Shown: piece after piece, positions 51,024-63,940 of the stretch | How positions within the stretch are numbered: position 1 is the first letter of the stretch | Layout: each line of letters begins with the position of its first letter | Assembly (NCBI RefSeq): GCF_018350175.1 | Contig: NC_058368.1 | Location: 37,636,001-37,700,000, forward strand | Source of the DNA: Felis catus | Taxonomy: Eukaryota | Direction: 5' to 3' | DNA: 64,000 nucleotides | Made by a program: the position numbers and the translations under genes | Notes under the pieces: generated by a model | The model's input: the letters and a program-made list of their open reading frames with translations, nothing else | Database searches by the model: none | Told to the model about the DNA's origin: nothing

Positions 51024-51240
51024 AAAAAAATTTTTTTAACATTTATTTATTTTTGAGAGACAGAGTGAGACAGAGCATGAGCACGGGAGGGGAAGAGAGA
51101 GAGGGAGACACAGAATCCAAAGCAGGCTCAGCTTCTGAGCTGTCAGCACAGAGCCTGACGCCGGCCTTGAACCTACAGACCATGAGATCATGACCTGAGC
51201 TGAAGTCAGACGCTTAACCAACTGAGCCACCCAGGCACCC
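51024..51240 (-). mobile_element. CAN-SINE
   Basis: Typical body. Confidence 0.93.
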
Positions 51241-51677
51241 AGTAACATTTATTTTTTAATGTATGTGTTTATGTTGGAAATGTGTACTCAGTCTCTGTGG
51301 TTTGTCATGTAATTTCTTTACATTGTCATTCTGTGGAAGAGATTTTAGTTATATGCAATAAAGTATAATAAACCTAGAAGTTTATTCTTTTCTCATTTTA
51401 ATTTAAAGTCATCTCAAATTCATAACTGTATGCAGAGTAATGTATGTTATAACTTTATCTTATTTATGCGGACAGGTAATTTTATATCCCACTCATAGAA
51501 TAGTCTCATTTTTCCCACTGATACAGAAGGCAGTGCTATCAATTTCTCATATGTGTTTGGTTATATTTTTGCATTTCTAGACTCTTCCAATTACTTAGTC
51601 ATCTATTTGCTCATTAATTAATACTCTAATTCCCAGTGTTTTAATTAATACAGTTTAATAAAAGTATTTTGGATCTT

Positions 51678-51870
51678 GGGGCGCCTGGGTAGCTCAGTCA
51701 GTTAAGCGTTCAACTTTTGCTCAGTTCATAATCTCACGGTTTGTGAATTCAAGCCTTGCATGGGCTGTCTGCTGTCAGCACAGAGCCCACTTTGGGTCCT
51801 CTGTCCCCCCCTCTCTCTCTGCCCCTCCCCAGCTTGTGCTCTCTCTCTGTCTCTCTTTAAATAAACTTAA
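51678..51870 (+). mobile_element. CAN-SINE
   Basis: TSD aaaagtattttggatctt at 51660-51677 and 51871-51888. Confidence 0.95.
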
Positions 51871-52792
51871 AAAAGTATTTTGGATCTTATAGCCCATTTC
51901 TCTTTGTTCAGAATTATGTCAAGTTTTCAGATGATCTTAGCCTCCGACTCTTACATATTTCTTTCTTCCTTTTTTCCCCCATTCTAATCACTAGATTTTC
52001 AACTTTAGGACACCAGCCATCCATGCTTTTGGTACGTCCGTCGGTTATTTCACTGTGAACAATGACAACAACAAAAATAACACAGGCGACAAGTAAAACC
52101 AATGTATTTGAGGATGTGAAAGCGCTTACACATTTTACCAAAAGGAGGAACATGATGCTGAGGTATAAACAGGATTCAAGGATCTCTAGAAAATCAAGAA
52201 GCCTGCAGCAAGAGCCGGTAATTGGGCTAGCCTGGAGAACAAGCTACAGCAACTGTACATCCTCCACCCTCTCCAGGTGGTGAGCTCCTCCCTGGCTTCT
52301 TTTTCCCATGTCGTGGGTTGAAAATCTGGTCTCAGGGAAGAACATATTCTCCAGTGGTCTTTGGCTTCATTATCTCCTCTGGCTTTAAAATAGGAAAGGA
52401 GCAAGCACCCCTGGCTTCTGTAGCACCCTCTGTAGGAGAGGTTAGGACTAGAGCTCACCTGGGACCCTCTAGACCTTTTCCTGCAGCGCTTGAGCTCCGT
52501 TTGGTCTTCTGATATTCAGCATCCTGGTCCAGGCCGTCTTCATATAGTCAGAAATGCATTTAATATCCTTGGAGGAATAACCTGGACTTCAGATCGTATG
52601 CTATTATGTTCCACCTTCTACACACCCAACTCATAAACATTAGTAAGTATCTCTACTCATCAACCTCTTCCTTAGCGAGTATTACCAAGGTACCACCCAT
52701 TGTCATCACTATGTGAATTTCTGGAATAGCCTCCAAATTGACCTTTGAGCTGCCATCTGAAACCCATTTCCCACACATCCTCCAAAACTTTT

Positions 52793-53004
52793 AAAAAATG
52801 TTTATTTATTTTTGAGAGGGAAAGAGAGAGAGAGAAAGAGAGAGAGAGCCAGCAGGGGAGGAGGAGAGAGAGAGGGGGATGCAGAGTCCGAAGCAGGCTC
52901 CAGGCTCTGAGCTGTAGCACAGAGCCCAATGCGGGGCTCGAACTGACAAATCGAGAGATCATGACCTGAGCCGAAGTCAGACGCTTAACCGACTGAGCCA
53001 CCCA
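52793..53004 (-). mobile_element. CAN-SINE (left member of inverted pair)
   Basis: Typical body; imperfect TSD catcc...aaactttt. Confidence 0.93.
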
Positions 53005-53038
53005 CCATCCAAAATAAACTTTTAAAAGTGCAAGGCAG

Positions 53039-53252
53039 GGGCACCTGGGTGGCTCGGTTAAGCGTCTGACTTCGGCTCAGGTCATGATCTCTCGATTTGT
53101 GAGTTCGAGCCCCGCATTGGGCTCTGTGCTACAGCTCAGAGCCTGGAGCCTGCTTTGGATTCTGTCTCCCTCTCTCTCTGCCCCTCCCCTGCTCATGCTC
53201 TGTCTCTCTCTGTATCAAAAATAAATAAAAACATTAAAAAAATAAATAAATA
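53039..53252 (+). mobile_element. CAN-SINE (right member of inverted pair)
   Basis: TSD aaaagtgcaaggcag at 53024-53038 and 53253-53267. Confidence 0.95.
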
Positions 53253-55361
53253 AAAAGTGCAAGGCAGATCGTATCAGTCTCCAATTTTAGATACTCCTAT
53301 GAGTTCTGATTCCGTTTCAAATAAAACCCTAGCTTTTCCATGGTATGCAAGATCTGGCTTGTTTGCTCTCTTTAAGTTTATTCTCTGTATCTCTTACTCT
53401 AACTGATTATCAATCTAGGGATTGATATCAGTCATCGAGCTTGATGAACCTGTTTTCCCCTTAGGATCTGCTTGGATCACTCTTGTCTCCTGATCCTTGT
53501 CCTGGTTCCTTCACTTAGGCTATACTTCCAACAGTATTCTCTTAAAGAGGCCTCGCCACCCTAACGGTGCCCACCCCTCTCATCCTAGATATTCTTCATC
53601 ACATTATTCTTCAGGGTTTACTTCAGTCATTCATCGGGACATGAAATAATCTGTATTCTATAATCTTATCCTGTATCTCTTTCACCAGCTAGAATTTAAA
53701 CTCTGTAAGAATAGACTCCTGCTATCTCATTTTTGTCATTAGTGCTGATGCCTGCACCAGTTGCTATTTCTTAGAAGGCATTCAGGAAACATACGTTAAA
53801 TAAACAAAGGAATGAGTGCAGGCGAGTAGACTAGTGCATATGCTTCTGTCAGGGGCAAACTTTGTGCTTGTTTACCTGGCCTGTTGGACACGACTCTTTA
53901 CAGTAGGTATTTCCATTAATAGTCCCCACCAGAACCCAGGACTAAAATCACAGAGAAAGAGGCATATTTTCCATTTCTCCCCTTCCTGACCCCAATTCTA
54001 CTTTGTTTGAAGTAGTGAGGAATTTCCGACAAGTTCGAGTGTCGTTCTATTTACCTTCCTTTCTCACTCAATATCCCATCTTCTTTTCAGGGCCGGGGTT
54101 AGGAGCCTTGCCAGTCTGTGCCAGAATAGCATTTTTTTTTTCTTAGCTGCTCTCTCTCTCTCTATTTTTTCCCAAATGTCACAGCATAAAGTTTTATTCC
54201 TGTTTCTTTGGCTGTTTGATAACTTTTTTTTTTTTGCACATTTCAACAATTATTGGGAGAGAAATGTCTGTAATTATTTCACGCTATCATCTGTTGATAG
54301 AATCTCAGATTCTAAGTTTAAAAGATATCAAACCAGAAGACATTTCATTATATTTCTATGACTTTGGTGTGGAGAGGGGTTCCATACAGGTAGAAATAGT
54401 CCTGAGAGAACATGACCCGAAATATTACTAGTTTTTAATATTTCATAATTAAAATTATCATATTTTTCTGATAGTGATAAGGTCATTTTAATTTCCTTGT
54501 TAAAGAATTTCCTTATTTAAGATAATATAAAAATTTCATTTATTATTTCAATAAATAAAAATACTTTAAATATTAGAAAATTATAGCAATGTTGTTTCAG
54601 TATTTAAAAAGTTACATATCTGCCTACTTTGTTACTTCAAACTGTTCATAGAAAAAACTGATACAGCTTTAGTATCTTAATTTAAGGTCTTAAGTATGTG
54701 AGATTTCCAATAATAACTCAATACAAAGTAATTGTTTTAATATATAGAGTTAGATAATATATGACAGTAATTTCACACCACTATTATTTGGGGAAAAGAT
54801 ATTTTCTTAAACATCTATATAATAGATTTAAAATGTAAAATAGCTCTGATTGTGCTTTTGAGAAGCATTTTCTATAAATAAATTTTGCATAATAGCTATT
54901 ATACTGGTCAAATTTTTGAAGAGACACAATTTAGAATAATAGAGAAACTGAATGCTTTCTGAATTATTCCCAGGCACTAGAATAGGAAAATGAATGAAGG
55001 ACACTGAACGAGGTTGGGGGCATGTGGCCATGTAGTAAAGCACAGTGTCCCATTAATAATTGTACTGCAGAGAAGATAAAATTAACAATGGGTACCTATT
55101 AAAAGAAGGCTATATTTGGAACGATTTGATCTAGTCATGAATATTGCAATTGTGAAAAACTATTCAACTACATTCCTCACTAAGTATACTGAAATCTGCT
55201 ATTATAGATACAGCTTAATTTGAATTATGAACTTTAAAAATATATGAAAGGAAATATATAGAAAGTAAATTATAAAATACAAATTCCAAAAAAGCACATA
55301 AAAGGTGGGGGAGGCAGTATAAGTGAATAATTTGGAAGAACAGAAAAAAGTGCATATTACA

Positions 55362-55982
55362 TGTCTTAGCTTGAGCTGCTATAACAAAAACACAACAGAC
55401 TGGATAGCTTTTAGTTAGTCAGTTAGTTAGTAGTTAGTTTTAAGTTTATTTGTTTATTTTGACAGACAGCACCAACTGGGGAGGGGCAGAGAGAGAGAGC
55501 GAGAGAGAGAATCCCAAGCAGGCTCCGCGTTCTCAGATCAGGGCTCCACGCAGGGCACAATCACAAACTGAGATCATGACCTGAAAAGAAACCATGAGTT
55601 GGAAGCTCAACCATCTGAGCCATGCAGGCACCCCATGGATACCTTTTAAATAACAGAAATGTATTTCTCACAGTTCTGGAAAGCTGGACATCCAAGATCA
55701 GGGTGCCACCATAGTTGGGTTGGGATGAGGGAACTCTTGTAGGTTACAGAATGCCAGTTTCTCTCCATGTATCCTCACATGGCAGAGAGCAAAGAGAAGT
55801 CAGCTCTCTATGACTCCTTACTGAGGGTTCTATTCACATTCATGAAGACTCCACCCCTAAGATCTTATTTAATCCTGATTGACTTCCAAAGGCTTTATCT
55901 CCTAATACCATCATGTGGGGGTGGAGGGCTTCATATATTAAAAGTTTGGGGAGAGACATAAACATTCAGTCTTTAATATCAT
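55362..55982 (-). mobile_element. MLT1A-like LTR interrupted by a SINE
   Basis: tgtcttagcttgagctgctataacaaaa...tttctcacagttctgga...aacattcagtc. Confidence 0.85.
55414..55634 (-). mobile_element. CAN-SINE with (TTAG)n tail
   Basis: TSD tggata(g/c)ctttta at 55401-55413 and 55636-55648. Confidence 0.9.
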
Positions 55983-56565
55983 GTTATACATTACATATTA
56001 AGTGATTTCAAAGAAGAAAAAAGGAAGAGTTTTACCAAAAGTTTCATAAAAGGAGAATTGCAAATGATGAAAAATGAGAATTTGATGCCCAGATTTTGAA
56101 ATCTCTTACTATGAGAGATTTGGAAGTTAATATATCTTAAATTTATTTTTTAATCCATTTGTAAAATTAGTACAAAATAAAAACAGTAAAATATTTCTTT
56201 AATATTGGCACATTTTAAAGGCTTATTGTGGTATAATGAATCTGTAATAAACTGCAATCTGAAAATCACACATTTTGATAAATGTCTATGAATATGTATA
56301 CCTGGGAAATTAAGGGAAAAATAAATAACAAAAGAATGAATATATCCATCAGTCTAAAAAGTTCCTAACCATTCCACATGTTAACTCTCTTTGCCTTTAT
56401 CATCCTTTTCCCCCTTTGTTAGGGGAACCAGTTAGTTATTAGTTTACATTTTCTAAAGTTCTATGTAAGGAAATAATAAATCATGCATTTTGTAGTTTTA
56501 AATATCTGGCTTCTTTTATTCAGCACAACTATTTTGAGATTCATCCATGTTATTATCTGGATCAG

Positions 56566-57028
56566 TGTAATATGCTTATTATTTCAAATGCTGTCTTGAC
56601 CCAGGTTTAAGGAACTTGCTGGAGGCTGGTGAGTTCCCTTTCCTGAACCTAGAAACCCGTATTCCAACCCCTTCCCTTATCAAGTGTTCACCTTCAGGGG
56701 TCAGTATGCACCTGCTCTAATCGCTAGAGGGCCCAGATACGAGATAAGATGGGAGATAGCCCCTCTGCCCCGGAATTGGAGAATTGATTCAAATGAGCCA
56801 ATCCACACAGAGCCCCGGAAACCAATGTAATGCCACCCTGCTTGCCAAACAGTCTGCCCCCTGCAGCTCTAGCTTGTTGTTACCCAGTCCCTGGTACAGC
56901 CACCCGTGTGGCCCTCCTGGCAGTCTTCTCATTTTTGCATGTAAAAATAAAAGTTCTGTATCTCATGTACCCGGAGTATCAGTATGTTGTGTCTCGTCAT
57001 GAAAAAAATATGTAAGTCTTATTAAACA
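56566..57028 (+). mobile_element. Old solo LTR
   Basis: TG...CA termini, agccaatc and aataaa motifs; interrupts L1 sequence. Confidence 0.6.
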
Positions 57029-57949
57029 CTTTGTTTCACTAATGAATACAATTACATTATATGGGCATGCCACAATGTGCTTATCCCTCCATTTTGATAA
57101 GCTTTTGAGTTTTTTTTTTCACTAGTGCAGGATAAAAACAAATAAATAAAACAATAATTGTATAGGCATATGCATTTATTCTTGGAAATGGAATGGCTAA
57201 GTCATATGGCAGGCATATTTTTAACTTTTAAGAAATTACCAACATGTTCAACAATTGTTCTAGATCCTCAGTCTCCCGCTCTCTGCCTCTCTGTCACTCG
57301 CATATGTTCCTTCTCTCTCTCTCTCAAAACTAAATAAACATTAAAAAAAAAAAACTAAACTAAAGGGTTTTATCTTCACGTATTTCTTTTTTGATGCTCT
57401 TCCTTACTTTATGTAGATCCAAGTTTCTGAACAGTATTATTTTCCTTCTCTCTAAAGAAGTTCTTTTTAAGAAGTTTCAGTTTCAGTTATTCCACATTCT
57501 TGACAACACTTGACGTTTTCTGCATTCGAATAGACTGGTAGCATTTTCTCATTGAGATTTTAATTTGCTCTTCCCTAATGATTAATGACATTGAACATAT
57601 TTTTATTTGTCATCTACATATTTTCTTCAGTGAATTATCTCTTCATTTTTAAAACTTTTAAAATTGAGACTTTGTTTTATTTCTTAAGTTAAAAGATATT
57701 TAAAACATGAGTTTTAAGTTGCCTTTAATGTATTGTGGAGATTAGCCTTTGATCAGAAATGTAATTTGCAAATATTTTCTTCTTGTTTGCAGCCTGATGT
57801 TTTTAACAATTTAATATTGTCTTTAAAGGAGACATAGTTCTTAATTTTGATGAAGTCCATGTGCATTTTTTTCATTTTTTAAATATAGCTTTTGTTTATT
57901 TGGGATTCAAGAAACATTTCCCTACATTAAGGTCCCAAAGAGTATTTTG

Positions 57950-57954
<5 letters not shown>

Positions 57955-57984
<30 letters not shown>

Positions 57985-58010
57985 CTATCTATCTATCTAT
58001 CTATATATGA

Positions 58011-58048
<38 letters not shown>
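57955..58048. repeat. Compound microsatellite (GT)n(ATCT)n(AT)n
   Basis: Direct reading. Confidence 0.95.
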
Positions 58049-58049
<1 letters not shown>

Positions 58050-58721
58050 AGGCCTAAATTTAAATTAAAATCTATAATACATTTTGAGTTAATTTTTGTT
58101 TCAATGTATGGATCATATAATTTTTGCAATTGATACTGGATTTTATTTACATATGGATATTTAATTTTCCAGTATGATGTGTTAAAAATATTATTGTGTC
58201 TTCAGTGAATTCACTATGCATCATTGTCAAAAATTAAATGATTATAAGTATCAAAATGAATTTGGCTATTCTGAATTTTCCATTTCTACGTGAATTTTTA
58301 AAAAAGCTTGCCAAATTTAACAACAAAAACAACAACAAAAAAAACCCTACAAGATTTTGATTGGTATTGAATTGAGTCTATGGATCAATTCAGGGAGAAC
58401 TAACATCTTAACTATAGAGTCTTCTAATACATGAACACAGCATATCTCTCTATTTATTTATATCTTAATTATTTTTCCCAACCATGTTTATCATTTGCAG
58501 TGTATAGGTCTTGCACATATTTAACAGATTTATTTCTGAGTATTTTGTATTTGCTGCTATTATCAATGGAATTTAAAATAATTTGATAACTGAAAAAATG
58601 TCAATTGCTAGTATATAGAATTACAGTTAGATTTGATACTGATGGTTGATTGTCCAAACTTGCTACATTCACCAGTTCTAGTATTTATTTTTTAGATTTC
58701 ATAGGACTTTCTACATAGCAG

Positions 58722-58846
58722 TCTTAAGCAGGCTCCACACTCAGTGCAGAGCCTATCACGGGGCTCCACCTTGTGACCCTGGGATCACGACCTAAGCAGA
58801 AATCTAGAGTCAGAAGCTCAGCCTCCTGAGCCACCCAGGTGTCTCT
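58722..58846 (-). mobile_element. Older CAN-SINE fragment
   Basis: gcaggctccacactcagtgcagagcc...gagccacccaggtg. Confidence 0.8.
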
Positions 58847-59372
58847 GAGTCTTGTCTCTTCATCCACTCTGGCAATCCCTGTCTTTTGATTGGTGCATTT
58901 AGACCATTGGCATTCAAAGGGCATAGTTGGATTATATTTACCATATTCATTCCTATTTTCTATTTGTTGCCTTTGTAATGTATTCCTATTTCTCTCTTCC
59001 ACACATTTTCTGCCTTTTTGGTTTTAATTGAGCATTTTATATTATTTTATTTTCTCTCTTTTGTTAGCATACATAATTCTTTTTCTATTTTCGTAAGTAG
59101 TTGCCTTAGAGTGCAATATGTATTTACAGCTCATCCAAGTCCAGTTTCAAACAATACTATACCATTTCGTGGGTAGTGTGAGGACTTTATAATAACAAAG
59201 TAATCCTAATTCCTGCCTCCTGTCCGTTGTGTCATTGCTGTCATTCACTTGACTTCTATATAAGCATACATAGCCATATCTATGTAGATATATAAATAAG
59301 AATACATAATCAAATATATTATTGGTATTATTTTGAACAAATTTGTTTGGTAAATTAAGAATAACAGTACTA

Positions 59373-59888
59373 GGGCGCCTGGGTGGCTTAGTCAGTTAAG
59401 CATCTGACTTCAGCTCAGGTCATGATCTCACGGTTTTGTGGGTTTGAGCCCCACATCAGGCTCACTGCTATCAGCGTGAAGCCTGCTTCATATCCTCTGT
59501 CTCCCTCTCTCTGCCTCTCCCTCACGTGTGTGTGCCTGTGTGTGTTCCTTTGAAAGGGCGTGCCTAGCCGGCCAACTCCATCTTGTTCTGTGTCCTTCAC
59601 CTTGACCACGCCTCCTCCCCTTGAGTAACCCCCCCCCCACCTGCCTAACAGGACTTGGACCCTTCCCCAGCCAAACGCTGAGGCCACAGCCATTACCTCA
59701 CCAACTGCCCCTAGGCCCGAATAAAACCTTTGTCCTTTTGAAACTCGCTCTCTCTCCGGTATCTCACAGCTGCGTTGGTGCAGGTAGGGGATTGAGCTCG
59801 AGCTAGCTCGAATAAAGGCTCTTTTGCTTCTACATCGGACTCGGCTCCCTGGCGGTATTTGGGGATCACAAATTCTGGGCATAACACC

Positions 59889-59920
<32 letters not shown>

Positions 59921-59941
59921 CAAAAATAAATAAACATTTAA
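59373..59941 (+). mobile_element. CAN-SINE interrupted by a solo LTR
   Basis: Head 59373-59550, CT tract and tail 59887-59941. TSD aagaataacagtacta / aaaaataacaaaacta. Confidence 0.92.
59551..59886 (+). mobile_element. Relatively young ERV1 (gamma-like) solo LTR, 336 bp
   Basis: TGAAAG...AACA termini, perfect 4-bp TSD cctt (59547-59550, 59887-59890), aataaa at about 59720 and 59811, CpGs retained. Confidence 0.9.
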
Positions 59942-60113
59942 AAAAATAACAAAACTAAAGGGTTTTATTTTATCTTTACTTATTCCTTCTTTGATGTTCT
60001 TCCTTACCTTATGTAGAACCAAGTTTCTGACCAATATTATTTTCCTTCTCTCTAAAGAAGTTCTTTTAATATTTCTTGCAAGGCAGGTCTGCTGGCAAAA
60101 ATTTCCCTCAGTT

Positions 60114-60371
60114 GGAATCCTTTTGCACTGCTGGTGGGAATGCAAACTGGTGCAGCTGCTCTGGAAAACAGTATGGAGATTCCTTAAGTTAAAAATAGAA
60201 CTACCCTATGACCCAGCAATTGCATGGCTAGGTATTTAGCCAAAGGATACAGGTGTGCTGATTCATGGGGGCACATGGATCCCAATGTTTATAGCAGCAT
60301 TACTGACAATAGTCAGGATATGGAAAGAGCCTAAATGTCCATCAACTGATGAAGGGAGAAAGAAAATGTGG

Positions 60372-60419
<48 letters not shown>

Positions 60420-60845
60420 GTAGTATTACTCAGCAATCAAAAAGAATGAAATGTTGTCATTTGCAACTACATGGATGGAACTAGAGTGTATTATGCTATG
60501 GGAAATTAGTTAGAGAAAGACAAATATCATATGATTTCACTCATATGTGGAATTTAAGATACAAAGGAGATGAACATAAGGGAAGAGAAGCAAAAATAAT
60601 ACAAAAATAGGGAGGGGGACAAAACATAAGAGACTCTTAAATATAGAGAACAAATTGAGGGTTGCTGGAGGGGTTGTGGATGGGCGATGCACTAAATGGG
60701 CAAGGGGAATTAAGAAAGACCCTGGTTGGGATGAACACTGGGTGTTACATGTAGGGGATGAATCAGTGGATTCTACTCCTGAAATCATTATTGCATTATT
60801 TGCTAACTAAGTTGGAGGTAAATTAAAAAACAAAAAACAAAAAAC
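60114..60845 (+). mobile_element. 5'-truncated L1 (ORF2 C-terminus plus 3'UTR)
   Basis: [12 protein letters not shown] translation. TSD caaaaatt(t)ccctcagtt at 60096-60113 and 60845-60861. Confidence 0.95.
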
Positions 60846-63077
60846 AAAAATTCCCTCAGTTTTTGTTTTTTGGAAGAAATCTTTATTTCTTCATTTTTGA
60901 AGGATAATTTCCACGGTACAGAATTCTAAGTTGGTAATTTTTTCTCTCAACACTTTAAATATTTCACTCCATGTTCTTTTTTCTCACATGGTTAACGAGG
61001 AGAAGTTGGTTGTAATTCTTATCTTTGTTCCTCTGTAGATAGGGTGTTTTTCCTCCCTACCCCTCCCCACCCCAGCCACTTTCAGGATTTTTTTTTTCTT
61101 TGATTTTCTGTAGTTTGAAAATGATAGGCCTGGCTATAGTGTGCGTGGTATTTTGTGTTTTTTGTTTGTTTGTTTTCCCATTGATGTTCTAGTTTCTTGG
61201 ATTTGTGGTTTGGTAACTGACATCAATTTGTGAGAAATTGATCATCATTGTTTCAAATATTTCCTCTGTTCTTTTTTCTCTTTTCCTTCTGGTATACCTC
61301 TTGCTGTTTTCTCACAGTCCTTGGATATTCTGTTCTGTTTTTCTTAATCTTTGTTCTCTTTGTTTTTCAGTTCAAAGCATTCCCTCTAGTTTAGCTTTCC
61401 TCAGCTGTATCCTATCTACTAATAAGCCCATCAAAAGTATTCATTTGTGTTACACTCTTTTTCTATCTCTAGCATTTCTTTTGGGTTCTTTCTGAGGATT
61501 TCTGTATCTTTGCTGACATTGCCTTCTGTTATGTCCTGCTGTCTATACATTAGGGCCCTTAGTATATTAATCACAGTTATTTAAAATTTCTAGTCTTATA
61601 AATTCTAACATTTTTGCCATATTTTGTTCTGATGCTTGCTCTATCTTTTCAAATGGTGGGTTTTTGTTTGTTTGGCCTTTTACTGTATGACAATATGATG
61701 TACTGGGTAAAAGGCAATGCTGTTAATATGTCTTTAGTAACACAGTGGCCAGGTGTGGGTGGTGAAGAAACATTCTATACTCCAATTAGGTCTCTGTGTT
61801 TTAGTGCGCCTGTGTTTCTGGACTGTGAACAAGTGCTTCTATGTGTTGTTGTTTGTTGTTGTTTTCTCCCCTTAGGTGGGATAGGTGGCTAGTGTGGGCT
61901 GGAGAGACTAATTGCCTTCCCCCGAGGCAATTAGTCTATGATGTATCCCAGCAGGTCAGAGATTGGTTCATTAGTTTCCCCTGAGGGCAGGCCTTGTTAA
62001 GAACAGGGTGGGCTCCTGTATTTAAAAACAGTTCCTTTCCCCAACCTCCTCCCTGAAGTTGTAAGGCAATTGTTTTCTTCTCTATTTACTTTGGAAACCT
62101 GGTGAAGCTCCAGAGGGTAAATCTCACACTGCGATTTGTGACTAGATCCTCCTGGAGTTTGGAACTGTCAAACCTGTCCAAACTCGAGCCTTCGGCAATT
62201 CATCAATTACGGTTCAGGTTTTCTGACCCTGGCCCAGGTTCCTGAGGCAGTTTCCACTCCTGAGGCTCTCTGTTCTGGTAAGTCATGATTCCGTGATTCC
62301 GTTTGTCTCTCCATCGTTAGGGGCAGTGGTTTGCCTAGTGTCTCCACCCCACCATCTGACAGATTCAAGAGTTGCTGATTGTTCAGCTTTTTACTTGTTG
62401 TTAGAAAGAGTGGCAAATTTCAAACTCTTTACTTACATTGCAGAACTGGAAATCTGAGGTCCCAGTGTTAGATTTCGATGCTTACGAAGACATATTATTT
62501 TTAAAACCTCCGTTTAAAAACTTTTTTTTTGATACACCGAGTAATGATTATATATGTATATGTATTTTATTTTTTTGTTGACCTCAAAAATTTATTTATT
62601 AATTGTACCAGTTTATCTACATGTTATTTTGTACTCTGTATGCAATTACATCGTCTTCATAAGAGGATATTTTAATTTTTCTGTTGATAATTTTATATTT
62701 TTGTTTAATTCCCTCGTATTTAACTGTTTCACTGATTTTGCCTCCTGCATAATTCTTAATAGAAACAACAATGGCAAGCATCTTTGTCACATTTTGAATA
62801 TCAAAGTGGATAAATTTTCAATATTTATTCATTAAATTTATTAGGCAAAGAATTCTTAAATTCCGTTTTTAGTTTATTAAATTTTTTTGTCAAAAATAGA
62901 TGTGAATTTTATCACTTTTACTAAATGTATTGAAATAATTACATATTTTTCTCCTACTTTAAAGACGTGAACAGTAAATAGATTTTTAAATGTTATACTA
63001 ATTTAGCACTCTTGGAATATATCTAATTTAGATTGTTAAAATTATATTTTTACATTTGCTTAGTTTCTCCAAATATT

Positions 63078-63150
63078 TTTTTTACTGTTTTATATTTTTT
63101 TATGTTTTATTTATTTTGAAAGAGAGAGAGTGTGTGAGCAGGGGACAGGC

Positions 63151-63195
<45 letters not shown>

Positions 63196-63360
63196 GAGAG
63201 AGAGAGAGATCGAGAGAGAGAAAGAATCCCAAGCAGGCTCTGTGCTGTCAGTGCAGAGCTCTGCCCTGTGAGGGGCTTAAACTCTCTCTAACCGTGAGGT
63301 CATGACCTGAGCTGAAATCGAGTTGGATACTTAACCCACTAAGCCATCCCCAGGCGCCGC
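63078..63360 (-). mobile_element. CAN-SINE with expanded (AG)n
   Basis: TSD tctccaaatatt at 63066-63077 and 63361-63372. Confidence 0.92.
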
Positions 63361-63696
63361 TCTCCAAATATTAAAAAAAAAAATTTTTTGCATCAATTAA
63401 AAAGCTGTATTCACTTGTAATTTTCCTTTTAATAATGTTATTTTCAGATTTTCCTTTTGAGGTTATTCTGGATTTTTACATCTTTTGTATGGAGTTTGTA
63501 TAGTATATTCCCTCAAATGTTTGGAAGGCTTCTTGAAAACTATGAAACTGACATTTCTTATTAGATGTTTTTAAATTACAGATAGAATTTCTTATAATAT
63601 TCAGATTTTTATTGGTTTTCATGTCTATATTACATGATGTGGTTTTCCAGGGATTTGTACATGATGCTTAAGTTTCAAATTACTGGAATGGTTTTT

Positions 63697-63912
63697 AAAA
63701 TTTTTTTTTTCAACATTTATTTATTTTTGGGACAGAGAGAGACAGAGCATGAACGGGGGAGGGGCAGAGAGAGAGGGAGACACAGAATCGGAAACTGGCT
63801 CCAGGCTCTGAGCCATCAGCCCAGAGCCCGACGCGGGGCTCGAACTCCCGGACCGCGAGATCGTGACCTGGCTGAAGTCGGACGCTTAACTGACTGCGCC
63901 ACCCAGGCGCCC
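63697..63912 (-). mobile_element. Young felid CAN-SINE
   Basis: TSD ctggaatggttttt at 63683-63696 and 63913-63926. Confidence 0.96.
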
Positions 63913-63940
63913 CTGGAATGGTTTTTAAAGTACTCTCTCT

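Larger units (their letters stand above)
52600..53820 (+). mobile_element. L2 fragment interrupted by two SINEs
   Basis: aatagcctcc...; agctagaatttaaactctgtaag; tagaaggcattcaggaaacatacgtt. Confidence 0.55.
56210..62463 (-). mobile_element. Fragmented ancient L1 (L1MC/MD-like) hosting several younger insertions
   Basis: Degenerate antisense 3'UTR, ORF2, inter-ORF and 5' motifs in the expected order; may be more than one element. Confidence 0.6.

Noticed and set aside
52450..52465. Minus-strand donor-like CAG|GTGAGC
   Set aside because: No matching acceptor or promoter was found.
59415..60145. 155-aa and 144-aa minus-strand ORFs
   Set aside because: Chance frames running across LTR, SINE and L1 junctions.
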